Notes: a model not told the origin generated them from the letters alone. A DNA stretch of 64,000 nucleotides from Alphaproteobacteria bacterium (GCA_965237415.1 CBDEFM010000001.1:544001-608000); one strand, 5' to 3'. Shown: positions 20,779-30,508, counted from the stretch's first letter. Numbers and translations are program-made.

Positions 20779-21209
20779 CAAGTCAGCCGTTCACCAAAGT
20801 GTCAGTGTCGCCTGCGCTGCTCGGTTCCGGGCCTAATCGGCGGTTTTCCAGAGCCGGCCCGAGGTCGCTGCAGATTGCGCGTGTAGTAAGCGGCCAGCCT
20901 TCGCATTGCTCCACGGTCGTGTGCGGCCATGGCACGTATGCCGCAGTTGCAGGATATCCCCTAACTGAAGTTGTGGCCGGCGGCGCGGCGCACACGTATG
21001 GTCTCCGCCATGAGCAGTCTTGACGGACGAAATCATGGTGCTGATCGCGACGAACCCAATCGGCTGGGCCGAAGCGGAGCAGCCCCAAGAAGGAATACCC
21101 GGAGAACGGCGGTGCATGCGCAAGCGGCGGAGACGACAGGATCGCATGGCTCTCGGTGTGCAAAACCGCGACATGAGTCGCCGATCGATACCACCGCCAG
21201 CCATGCTGG

Positions 21210-21233
21210 CGGTTACACGATCTTCGCCACTCT
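21210..21233 (+). pseudogene. Short integrase fragment ending at RLHDLRHS
   Basis: CGG TTA CAC GAT CTT CGC CAC TCT followed by TGTGCA, the same junction as at 9407. Confidence 0.65.
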
Positions 21234-21394
21234 TGTGCACCATATTCCATTAACTTACTATTCTTATTGTGTTTTTCATCTTTCCATTTCGTTCCGTAAT
21301 CATATAGTCACCGGATTCGATCTATATCGTGACGCGACATGTCGCGTCATGCACCGCCATCTCCCGCTGGTCTCGAAATTGCCCCAAAATACTC
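21234..21394. repeat. Conserved non-coding segment after the integrase break, copy B, with a 20-bp palindrome
   Basis: TGTGCA..TAACTTAC..TTCCGTAATCATA (21292); perfect palindrome TGACGCGACATGTCGCGTCA at 21330-21349. Confidence 0.7.
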
Positions 21395-21431
21395 GTAAAG
21401 GTTCGGTCGGGCCGGTATGGGTCGGTGGATT

Positions 21432-22313
21432 TTACCGATTGAGGGTTCGCTTCCAATCTCTTCGCAGGGGCCGAAGCCAGATGTCCTTCCTGGGCTTGTC
21501 GTACAGCTTGTCCCGGTCGTATCGGCCGCGCCCCTTGGTCGCTCCGACATGGATCCAGCCGGAGGCTCTGTAGACGGCTCCGGTGTAGCGGGGCGTCTCG
21601 ACGAAAGTCTCGATGAGCACGGGCGTTGTGTTGTAGCGCTCGGTCCAGTCCTCGGGCAGGCGCCGGCGGATGATGGCGAGGATGTGCGAGCCCAGGTTGG
21701 GGATATTGATCCAGGGCAGGATCAGGAACCGCGGGTTATCGACCACGAGGGGGAGGTTCTTCTCGCGCAGTTGCGGCGTCCACCCGATGAAGGTGTCGCG
21801 CGGGGCGAGCTTCCAGGCGGCGGTGGAGAAGCCGAGCATGGCGACGGGCCAGCCGTTGCGGTCGTGGGCGGCGTAGCGCATCTGGGCGCCGACCAGGGTC
21901 CTGTAGCCGAGATAGTGGTAGCGGGCGATGAACTCGTTCCACAGCTTGCCCTCCCGGGTGCCGCGCACGACGGGCCGCAGGGTGAGCGGACGGACCTCGT
22001 CGAGGGTTGTCGGCGTCGGGAACAGCGGCGGTTGGGTGTGCGGTCCGAAGATGATGGGCTTGGGCCGGTTCTGCCGTCCCTGCTTCGGCGGCAGAACGAT
22101 GAGGCCGTCGCGGTGCATATCGAGCATGGTGACCCTGGCCATCATGTCCTTGAGGCCGCCGTCGGGCTTGAACCAGCCGATGCGCCGGCAGAACGCCTTC
22201 GACAGGCGATGGCGGTTCAGCGCCGGAGGGTCGGCGATCAGGGCGCGCAGCAGCGCCATCTCTTCGGCGGTGAAGTCGCGGCCGTAATAGCGGCACTCGA
22301 CGGCGCCGGTCAT
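21432..22313 (-). CDS. DUF4338 (DruA-like) protein inside the IS
   Basis: LWNEFIARYHYLGY, GAQMRY, LGFSTAAWKLAPRDTFIGW, NPRFLILPW, LIETFVE, YRASGW; ATGA overlap with the transposase stop. Confidence 0.85.
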   Translation of the reverse strand: MTGAVECRYYGRDFTAEEMALLRALIADPPALNRHRLSKAFCRRIGWFKPDGGLKDMMARVTMLDMHRDGLIVLPPKQGRQNRPKPIIFGPHTQPPLFPTPTTLDEVRPLTLRPVVRGTREGKLWNEFIARYHYLGYRTLVGAQMRYAAHDRNGWPVAMLGFSTAAWKLAPRDTFIGWTPQLREKNLPLVVDNPRFLILPWINIPNLGSHILAIIRRRLPEDWTERYNTTPVLIETFVETPRYTGAVYRASGWIHVGATKGRGRYDRDKLYDKPRKDIWLRPLRRDWKRTLNR

Positions 22314-24871
22314 CCCGGCGCCGTCAGTGCGAGCCTGTGTTCCTCGTTCATCGACCATGGCAGCCAAGGCGACAGGTCGTCCGGCGGTCGACGGCCATTC
22401 TTCGCGCATTCTTCCAGCCACGCCTCAAGCCAGCGCAGGACATCGATGCCGTTCAACGCGAGGGTGCCCACCACCGAGTACATCATGGCCGTGAACCGGG
22501 CGCCGGTCTCGCTGTCGGAGCCGAACGACAGGCGTCTTCCGATCGCTGGCCCTCTGAGCATCCTTTCGGCGAGATTGTTGTCCATCGGCGTCAGCGGGCG
22601 GTCGACGAAGACGCTCAGCCCCTCGCGATGGTTGATGAGCGAGCGCAGGGCCTTGCCCTCACGCGCCTCGTCGGGCAGGCCGGCGAGCTCCCGTTCGGCC
22701 TGCGCGAACAGGCCGTCGAGCGTCTCCTTCAGCGCGCCCTGTGCCGTGTCGAACGCCGGCGTCTGGCGCTCAAGCCCGGCGCCGTAATGCTCCAGCCGCG
22801 CCTCGTTCAGGCGGTAGATCGACGCGATCCGCTCGATCCATCCCCGGCACCATTCCGTCAGGCTGACCTGGCCGGCCGCGCACTCGATAAAATCGCGCCG
22901 TTGATGAGACCAGCAGAACGCAAGGGTCACCAGCCCCCCGCGAAGGCGAGCGAGCCGCTTGTAGGCGCTATAGCGGTCGCAGACGATGACCGTGTGGAGG
23001 AGGGCCGCCGCGAACAGCTTCTCCGCCGCTTCGGCGCTGCGCGAAGGGTCGATATGGAAGTAGACGGCATCGCTGCTGACCGAGGTCCACAGCCAGGCGC
23101 GGCTCGACCGGTCTTCCCCGCGAAGCTCTTGCACGCGCCAGCTGGTTTCGTCGGCATGGCGCAGCGCCGCCTTGTCCTGGTGCGCGAGGATCGCCCCGGC
23201 GACTGGCTCGAACAGTGGCACGAAGCGGAGCATGCTGTCGGCGAGCGTGCCGGGAGAGATCGGCAGCCCCCGGTCGGACAGCCACGCGGCGACCCGCTTG
23301 AGCGGGCGGTAGCAGGCATAGCGTTCGAACAGGACGCAGGCCCACACGCTGATTCCGTAGGGCGTGTTGCGGAACAACCGCGGCACCGGGGGCGCCGACA
23401 CTTCGATCGGCGACGACGCGCAGCCGCAGGCCCGGCGCCAGCGCGGACGGCGGATCACACGCTTGTGGGCCTTGACGTCGATCTCGACGAGCGGGGAGAT
23501 ATCGGCGCCGATCGCCGCATAGGGCTTGCCGCAACAGGAGCACACACGCGCCTCCTTCGGCGGGTTGATCTCCTCCTCGCGCTCCTCGAGCCCGGGCCGT
23601 CGGGTACGGCCATGGCCTGGGGCGCCGCGCTGCTGGCCGCGCGGGCGTCCGGAACGCGGCGTCTCCTGCTTCTCGCTCTTTCGGCCGAACAGCGCCTTCG
23701 ACAGCACCGCCCCGGTCGCGCGAAGCCTGGCAAGCTGCGCTTCCAGCGTCTGGATCCGATTCCACGACGCCTTCGCGCCCTTGCGCAGCCGGGCGTTCTC
23801 CCTGGACAGCGATTTGATCGTGGCCTTCTGGCGCCGCGATCTCCGCAATGCCCTGCGCAGGTCGGCATCCGCAATGGACAGCGACTTCGACAGCGTCTTC
23901 CTGACCGCTCGAAGCCCGGCAAGCTCGGACTCAAGCGCCTTTCTGATTGCACGAAGTTTGGCAGGCTGAACCTCCAGCGACGCTTGCCGCCTCTCCAACT
24001 TCCGCACGGTCCTGCGCAGCCGGGCGTTCTCCTTGCCGAACGACGTGATCGTGGCCTTCTGGCGCCGAGATCTCCTCAGGGCTGTACGAAGTTGAGCAGC
24101 CTCGTCGCACGACAACTTTGACAGCGTCGCCCCGGTCGCGCGAAGCTTGGTAAGCCGCGCCTTCAATTTGTCCTTTTGGGCCTCGGACACGTTCAGAGCA
24201 ACGCGCAGCCGGTAGCCCTCGCCGGACAAGGATTTCACCGCGTCCTTCTGGTCGCGCAGTCGCCTCAGTTCCGCAACAAGACGAACGATCTCGCGGTTCT
24301 GCGATCCGATCGTCTCCTTGTGGGTTTCCGCGCCCTGCAAATCCTTGCGCAACTCACGGACCTCGTACTCCAGCAACCCGGCCTTCGCCGCCCGGGCCTG
24401 CGCCACCTTCAGAGCCTTGCGCAGCTGGTTGACCTCCGTGAGCGACACAACCGGGGGCTGCCTGGCGGCCTCGATGCGGGATTCCGAAGGCCGCTGCTCA
24501 AACCGCGTCACTTCCGCCTTCGATGATTGCGCGGCCTTCACCGCGCGACGCAGTTCCTTCACCTCGACGCGGGACGCCTCCAGCTTGCCCCGACAGCTGT
24601 CGAGCTGCCACTTGAAAGAACCCGCCCGGGAACGAGCATCCACATCTGACCGGCGCAGCTCTTCACAGCGTGCTTCGGCCGCGTCCGCCCGCGCCCGTTC
24701 CCGCTCCGCACGGGCGTGCTGCCGCTCGTACAGCGAACGCCAGTCGCGCGGCTGCTGCTCCAGCACGGACGCAGGGAACGACCAACCTGCATCGTCACCA
24801 TCGGCCTGCGTCAGCGCTGCGCCAATATCTTCGTCGAGAACCGCCATGCGCTCAACGATAGCCCATGGCAA
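22310..24871 (-). CDS. IS66 DDE transposase (TnpC-like) with extended, internally repeated coiled-coil N-terminus
   Basis: LFGRKSEK, CSCCG zinc finger, HADETSW, CDRYSAY, CWSHQRRDF, DNNLAERMLR. Confidence 0.9.
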   Translation of the reverse strand: MPWAIVERMAVLDEDIGAALTQADGDDAGWSFPASVLEQQPRDWRSLYERQHARAERERARADAAEARCEELRRSDVDARSRAGSFKWQLDSCRGKLEASRVEVKELRRAVKAAQSSKAEVTRFEQRPSESRIEAARQPPVVSLTEVNQLRKALKVAQARAAKAGLLEYEVRELRKDLQGAETHKETIGSQNREIVRLVAELRRLRDQKDAVKSLSGEGYRLRVALNVSEAQKDKLKARLTKLRATGATLSKLSCDEAAQLRTALRRSRRQKATITSFGKENARLRRTVRKLERRQASLEVQPAKLRAIRKALESELAGLRAVRKTLSKSLSIADADLRRALRRSRRQKATIKSLSRENARLRKGAKASWNRIQTLEAQLARLRATGAVLSKALFGRKSEKQETPRSGRPRGQQRGAPGHGRTRRPGLEEREEEINPPKEARVCSCCGKPYAAIGADISPLVEIDVKAHKRVIRRPRWRRACGCASSPIEVSAPPVPRLFRNTPYGISVWACVLFERYACYRPLKRVAAWLSDRGLPISPGTLADSMLRFVPLFEPVAGAILAHQDKAALRHADETSWRVQELRGEDRSSRAWLWTSVSSDAVYFHIDPSRSAEAAEKLFAAALLHTVIVCDRYSAYKRLARLRGGLVTLAFCWSHQRRDFIECAAGQVSLTEWCRGWIERIASIYRLNEARLEHYGAGLERQTPAFDTAQGALKETLDGLFAQAERELAGLPDEAREGKALRSLINHREGLSVFVDRPLTPMDNNLAERMLRGPAIGRRLSFGSDSETGARFTAMMYSVVGTLALNGIDVLRWLEAWLEECAKNGRRPPDDLSPWLPWSMNEEHRLALTAPG

Positions 24872-24965
24872 AACGCGTTACCAGCCCAATTTTAGAGTTC
24901 ATCCCGACATGGATGATGAGCCCAACGTCGGCCTATACCGGCCCGACCGAACCTTTACAAATACT

Positions 24966-25130
24966 CGGCATTCCATCGCGTTTCGTGCGCTGGCGCTCGG
25001 CGAGATCCTGCCGGTGATCGGCAAGCTGCCGGGCCACAGCGATATCGAGACGACGGCCCACTACGCCCATCTGGCGCAGGACTGGATTCATCAGACCGCA
25101 GAGCGCATCGCCGATAGCATTGCGCGCGGG
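24966..25130 (+). pseudogene. Tyrosine integrase C-terminal fragment starting at RHS
   Basis: RHSIAFRALALGEILPVIGKLPGHSDIETTAHYAHLAQDWIHQTAERIADSIA; the Arg codon overlaps the last base of the TSD. Confidence 0.8.
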
Positions 25131-25149
25131 CCAAGACCGTCGCCGGTCT

Positions 25150-25870
25150 CCCGAAGCGCCATTCGGTTCGCCACATCGACGCCGAGACCGTGCTCGAGAG
25201 GACGCGCCAACCCCGCCATCTCCGTCGCCCCCGGCACCGCCATTGCCCATCTCGAGTGCCCATCTCGAGGTGGTGTTCTCACAACTCGCCGTCATCGACC
25301 GCCAGCTCGCCAGGGCGTATCGCGGGATCGACCGCCTGACCGCGGCGTTGGCCTGGACCATGGCATCTCCGGAGGACGAGCCCGGCACGCAAGAGCAGCG
25401 TGACGTAGAAATCCTGAACTCGCTTCCCGGCGTCGGCAGTATCGTCCTCGCCACGCTGCTCGCAGAAGCACATGATCCTCTGCGACTACGAGACTATCAG
25501 GCCTTGATATGCCTGTCCGGCGTCGCGCCCGACACCAAACGTTCGGGCAAGACCCTGATGGTGGTTCGCCGCCACGCGGCCCACAACCGGCTGAAGAACG
25601 CCGTCTACTGCTCGGCCAGCGTCGCCGTGCAGTAAGACGCCGTCAGCAAGGCCAAATACGCCGCTCTGCGCGCCCTAGGCCACGGCCATGCCCGCACTCT
25701 GCGTTCGGTCGCCGACCGGCTTCTCGCGGTCGCCTGCGCGATGATCCAAAACCCGACGCTGTTCGCGCCGGATCAACGGCACCGACGCCATGCCCCCTGA
25801 AACAGACCTACCGGTATCCAGCGGGCATATAAGCCGCAAAAGCCGACTTACAAATGTTGGGGAGTCCCTC
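25150..25870 (+). mobile_element. IS110-family transposase 3' remnant
   Basis: ILNSLPGVGSIVLATLLAE, GVAPDTKRSGK, NRLKNAVY; in-frame stop at 25635, then SKAKYAALRALGHGHARTLRSVADRLL. Confidence 0.8.
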
Positions 25871-26069
25871 CCATTGCGCGCAACCCAAGCCGCACTCTCA
25901 GGTGAACACCATCTATGTACTAACAGTATTTTATCACCTTCTCTTCTTGAACACTCTGCATGCTACACCCGCACCTCAAAAACAGGCAACCGCGCCAATC
26001 TTGTATTTATAACTTGATGCCTGCGTCCGAAGTGAAATCAACCGTCATTAGATGTGCTACACGGCACTT

Positions 26070-28544
26070 TCATCCGTTGGAGTTGTTTATTCGCTGCACC
26101 GCATTTTCTACTCGCTGAAAATGTTCGTCTCCAAGTCCTACTGTAGCTTTCCAATCAAAGTACGCAGGCGACAAATCGGAGGCATTCCACACCCCTGTGA
26201 GATATTCTCTAAAACTCTTGGTCCGCTGGAGTCGTTTGTCTATTGTGAATTCCTCCAACTCCTTGCGAATTCTCGCAAAAGATTCTTGGTGGAATATGGG
26301 TGTATCAAATACCATACCATCTAAATAGGCAAAAATTCCAGCCCACCTTTTGATATGATAGACGCCTACGGATGTGTTTCTAAATGCGAACGGCATTTTT
26401 CCTATGAGTTCTGAAGTGTCGTCCTCCTCGAAAGTAATTCTCTCGGAACTTTCTATCAGACGTCTGTTTGTCAACCGACGAAGCTTGCTCTCGATCTGTC
26501 GAGGTACAAAATTCCATCCCTGCATTTCTGCCAATATCTCTTCTACGGCGGTAAACCCATCCTTATTTTTTGGCGACTCTGCCCAACACAAGAATTCTAG
26601 TATCATCAAAGCCAGAAAATGCTCTCGTTCGTCTGGGTATTGCACATCAAACAAGTTCATGGCCATAGACGAATCCGGGTTGTAGTGTGAGTAATCCCCC
26701 AAAATTGCCGCTTTGGAAAATTCGTGAAGTGGAATCAAATACCTCCCTTCCGTCTTCAATATACGAATGATTTTATGAACGTCTACATTTGGACTGCCTA
26801 TAACTTTAACTACAAACTCAATTACTGCCCTGATATTGCCACCAGTGATATTTGCCAAGATCTCCCGAATTTCCGTGTTTCGTTCCATTGACGCCAACAG
26901 CGCCTTGAGAAATAGCGACAAATCCTCGAGATTTAACGTGATACCACGCATTCTTTCAGGTGACACCTTCCCGTCAGCTACGCTGAGTGCGAATTTAAGT
27001 CTTTTCTCGATAACTAATTCAGGTCTCGGAGGCGCGATCGTAAATACCCGATGAGGATATGCCGAAAACGCCCCGGCCCTTTTCGATCGAAAAAAAGTCT
27101 GCGGCCGCACGGAAATAAATACCATAGCATTCCATTGGCTAGCAAATTCCTGGGCGATGATGAATGCTTCTTGTTGAATGTCCGTCGACCGTTGGTCTGA
27201 ATTGTCTATGATCAATATGACCTGCCGCTTTCGCGCGCGAGAAATGTGCTCGATGCATTTTCTCAAATGAACGGGTTTATCTTCCACTCGGTCTACGAGC
27301 ATTCTCAGTACATGTTCCTCATATTTTCCGGTGTCGCTCGCATATGCTTTTCCATAGACGCTGTGTCGAAACCTCTTAACGTCCAGATCATATACGCCAC
27401 GAACGAAATCAGCATTGTCGGTGTCTACGTCGTACTTGAACCGGAGCTGCCGATCAATCTCCCTAATCACAAAACTCTTCAGATCGGCTTCGAGTGCCGC
27501 GGTAGACCCAAGATCAATATATATGTTGATAGACTGTTTGAACTCTTCTGAGGCTTTTAACAGCATTAGTTGCTTAATGAATGAAGTTTTACCGACTCCA
27601 ACGTCACCCAGCAGAACAATAGGTCTTCGTGCAACCGCTTCAGTTATAATATCTGTTGTGATCTGCAAAGGCGCTTTTCGCGTGGATACTGGCTCCAGTC
27701 TCGGCTGTTCTTCGCCCTGTGGAAACAAAGCAGCATATCTAGCAACTAGCAGACTGCGACTCAAGAGAGAGTGTCGACTAAGAGCGCCGGTTTCACAATA
27801 GCACTCTCTGTAAAACTTCTCTTCAATGTCTTCATTGTTAGGAATGTCTTCTATTAACAGCTCCGCAACGGCTCTTAAAGTGGCTTGCGCATCTGACTGA
27901 TATCGGACAATGGGAAAGCGTTGCAAAAATGTTGACGGCTTGGGCGGCAAGGGAATGTTGGACCCACTTGTCAAGAGTCTATGGAGGCGCCGTTCGGCTA
28001 TACCCTCCGGAGACAGATTCTGCCACAGACGAGCAAAGTCAGAAACCATATTTTTGTGATCACGCAATACTAGCGCATTTCCTTCTAGTGGTGGTTGTCC
28101 AATGCGTATGGCCAAGAACGCTATCAATTGTGTTCCATTACAAACTACCCCTACTTCGACACCACGGGTGTTACAATACTGGGATACCTGTTTTATCGCG
28201 CTAGCTGCCTCTTCACTCACGGCCATTATCGAAGGTAGCGGTTGGATTGGTTTGCCTGTCAAGTTTGCAGGCAGCTCAAAATATTTTCCTTCTTTCTTCG
28301 CTTCCCAGATGACGCTAGTGGGATAGCCGAGCATATAATCGGCAAACTCTCCGCTGTGATAATGCTCTAATGAAATTGTAGGCTTTGGCCAACCCAAACA
28401 ATTTGTCAGTAGTTCGTCGATGAAGTGAAATCTGGTATTTGCCTCATTCCAATCTACTTTCTTTTGTTCAATTTCCTTCGTGAGACTGCGAAGCGCATTT
28501 CGCCCTTCCTCAAGAGTAACCGAAGCTTCTAGATTTTCGATCAT
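26070..28544 (-). CDS. HsdR_N-like PD-(D/E)xK nuclease fused to a P-loop ATPase; candidate defence protein
   Basis: NEANTRFHFIDELL...GW, FADYML, IWEAKK, VCNGTQL; Walker A GDVGVGKTSF, Walker B ILIIDNSD; AT-rich relative to neighbours. Confidence 0.75.
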   Translation of the reverse strand: MIENLEASVTLEEGRNALRSLTKEIEQKKVDWNEANTRFHFIDELLTNCLGWPKPTISLEHYHSGEFADYMLGYPTSVIWEAKKEGKYFELPANLTGKPIQPLPSIMAVSEEAASAIKQVSQYCNTRGVEVGVVCNGTQLIAFLAIRIGQPPLEGNALVLRDHKNMVSDFARLWQNLSPEGIAERRLHRLLTSGSNIPLPPKPSTFLQRFPIVRYQSDAQATLRAVAELLIEDIPNNEDIEEKFYRECYCETGALSRHSLLSRSLLVARYAALFPQGEEQPRLEPVSTRKAPLQITTDIITEAVARRPIVLLGDVGVGKTSFIKQLMLLKASEEFKQSINIYIDLGSTAALEADLKSFVIREIDRQLRFKYDVDTDNADFVRGVYDLDVKRFRHSVYGKAYASDTGKYEEHVLRMLVDRVEDKPVHLRKCIEHISRARKRQVILIIDNSDQRSTDIQQEAFIIAQEFASQWNAMVFISVRPQTFFRSKRAGAFSAYPHRVFTIAPPRPELVIEKRLKFALSVADGKVSPERMRGITLNLEDLSLFLKALLASMERNTEIREILANITGGNIRAVIEFVVKVIGSPNVDVHKIIRILKTEGRYLIPLHEFSKAAILGDYSHYNPDSSMAMNLFDVQYPDEREHFLALMILEFLCWAESPKNKDGFTAVEEILAEMQGWNFVPRQIESKLRRLTNRRLIESSERITFEEDDTSELIGKMPFAFRNTSVGVYHIKRWAGIFAYLDGMVFDTPIFHQESFARIRKELEEFTIDKRLQRTKSFREYLTGVWNASDLSPAYFDWKATVGLGDEHFQRVENAVQRINNSNG

Positions 28545-28697
28545 GAACCCTTACCCATTCTTCCTTTAGGCCGAGGCGCAACCAGCCTAACCATCGTGGA
28601 GCGGTTATTCAATCTGTGCCTAGGAGGTTTCTTTTGCCATTTTGTCCATTACTGGATCTAGCTTTCCTCTTCCAGAGCTAAATCTCCCAAAGAATTT

Positions 28698-29110
28698 CCT
28701 GCTTATCCGTGACATTCATCCTGCGATGAGGAGGCGACAGGGCATCGGGTCGGTTCGGGCGGCGCTATCGACGAAGCGCGGGATCATCGTCTGGAGTTGA
28801 TAACGGCGGTTGTAGTGCCTGGCGAAACTGGCGAGGTAGCGCGCGGTGTGATCGGGGGCGAGCTTGCGATAGGTCCCGGTGACCGCGCACTTGATGTTGC
28901 CGAGTACCGTATTGACCCATTTGAATGACGCCACGCGGGCCGCCTTGCGTCCCGAGCCGGTGCGGATTGCCCGATGGCTACAGGCGGCCTCGTCGAGTGC
29001 GCTCCAGCAGCCCAGGCCGTCCGTCACAACTGCCGCGCCGGGGGCCAGCCAGTGCTTGGCGCCGCGCGCAATCTCGCGCTTGCGGAAGCCCTTGACCGAA
29101 GATAGTCGTC
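28698..29110 (-). mobile_element. IS1595-family transposase 3' remnant
   Basis: VVTDGLGCW, FKWVNTVLGNIKCAVTGTYR, ARYLASF...NRRY. Confidence 0.8.
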
Positions 29111-29382
29111 TCCCGTTCCATAGATGGGAATTTTCTATGGCCAATCCCCGGTTGCTGGGAGTGTTTAAGGCCAATGCGAACACTTTCCACGACCTCCTTG
29201 CCTGATATGCATTCACCCATCCAGGCGGGCGGCATCCGAAGCTGCAACCCTGTGACCACCTTGCGTTTTCTCGCCTCCGGTTCGACTGCCTTCCAATCGT
29301 CCGTCATCGTATAGCAATCGCCCGGTTTCCATATCGGGACCGTTTGTGGCGTCGTCGGACACGATGGACGTCCATTCCGCGG

Positions 29383-29670
29383 TCACCGGCTCTCGTCTGG
29401 GTTCACGGCATCCCGGAGCGCCTTGCCCGCCTTGAATGTCGGCGACGTCGACGCCGCGATCGAAACCGCCTCGCCCGTTCGCGGGTTGCGCCCGGTACGA
29501 GCCGGTCGGCTCCTGGTGCCAAAGGTGCCGAACCCTGCAATCCGCACCTCCTCGCCATTCGCCAGCGTCTCGGAGATCGTGGCGCACATGCCGTCCACGG
29601 CGCCCCTTGCGGCCTCTTTGGTCATTCCGGCCCGCGCCGCGAGTCGTTCCGCCAATTCGCCCTTGTTCAT
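29383..29670 (-). CDS. hup: HU-family DNA-binding protein
   Basis: MNKGELAE...VRIAGFGTF...RPARTGRNPRTGE...PTFKAGKALRDAV. Confidence 0.92.
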   Translation of the reverse strand: MNKGELAERLAARAGMTKEAARGAVDGMCATISETLANGEEVRIAGFGTFGTRSRPARTGRNPRTGEAVSIAASTSPTFKAGKALRDAVNPDESR

Positions 29671-29803
29671 CCAGTCTCCTCCCCGATGCCGGCCCACCCT
29701 GCCCGGAAGCCCGGCCTGCGCGTTGCTCGACTACCACGAATTGCTCTTGCTCTCGATACCCAGTGCTCCTGCATCCGTCGTCACGTTCTTGCCGACAAAC
29801 CGT

Positions 29804-30508
29804 TCAGTGCGCACCGCAGCAACGCTTGTACTTGCGGCCAGAGCCGCACGGGCAGGGTTCGTTCCGGCCCGCCTTGCGACCGAATGCGGGCGGCTCGCCG
29901 GGGCCGATCCCGGCATCGAACACGCTGGGGGCCCTGCCGCCCTTCCCGGATTGCCGGGACTTCGTCCAGGCGTTCAGGTTGCGCACGAACTTCGGGATCA
30001 TCCCCGGCGCGAGCCGGTCGAACTCGTCCTCCGCCTCTTCCGTCAACTCGGACCGGCCATAGTAGAAATCGTTCAGGGCAATGATCATGCTGACCGACGC
30101 CGACGCCTCGTCGTCGTCGCTCAGCGCGATCTCCTCCCACGCATCCGGGCGCAGCCGCATGGCCCGTTCGAAGCCGTCTATCCACGGCTCCCACAGGGAT
30201 TCGCCGCTATTGGGGTCGATTTCCAGGACCGGCGCGTAATCCTCCGGACGATCCGCCAGCTCCCGCGCGATCCGGTTGTAGTGCCCCATCACCGCTGCGA
30301 TCGTCGCTTCCGCCTCGGCGACCTCCGCAAACTCGTGCTCTTCGCCCCAGACGCCCGATAGCCATTCGGAGGGCAGGACCATCTCCGGGCATACGATCAG
30401 GCCCGCGACATAGCCGTCCAGTTCCCCGATGCTCATGCCGTCCCCTTCAGCGGGAATGGCGTGCAGCAGGTCGTTCAACCGGTCTAGGTCCGGGTCCGTA
30501 TCGCTCAT
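29804..30508 (-). CDS. YecA/UPF0149-family protein with C-terminal SEC-C motif
   Basis: ELDGYVAGLIVCPEMVLPSEWL, WIDGF, GRNEPCPCGSGRKYKRCC. Confidence 0.88.
   Translation of the reverse strand: MSDTDPDLDRLNDLLHAIPAEGDGMSIGELDGYVAGLIVCPEMVLPSEWLSGVWGEEHEFAEVAEAEATIAAVMGHYNRIARELADRPEDYAPVLEIDPNSGESLWEPWIDGFERAMRLRPDAWEEIALSDDDEASASVSMIIALNDFYYGRSELTEEAEDEFDRLAPGMIPKFVRNLNAWTKSRQSGKGGRAPSVFDAGIGPGEPPAFGRKAGRNEPCPCGSGRKYKRCCGAH

Larger units (their letters stand above)
21395..24958 (-). mobile_element. Complete IS66-family element carrying a DUF4338 gene
   Basis: Perfect 24-bp IRs GTAAAGGTTCGGTCGGGCCGGTAT; 8-bp TSD AAATACTC at 21387-21394 and 24959-24966. Confidence 0.92.

Noticed and set aside
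21432-22313. Druantia system (DruA/DUF4338)
   Set aside because: No DruE helicase or other dru genes; the gene lies inside IS66 inverted repeats.
24318-25403. 361-aa ORF as an intact integrase
   Set aside because: Mostly antisense to the IS66 transposase; only 24966-25130 is integrase-like.
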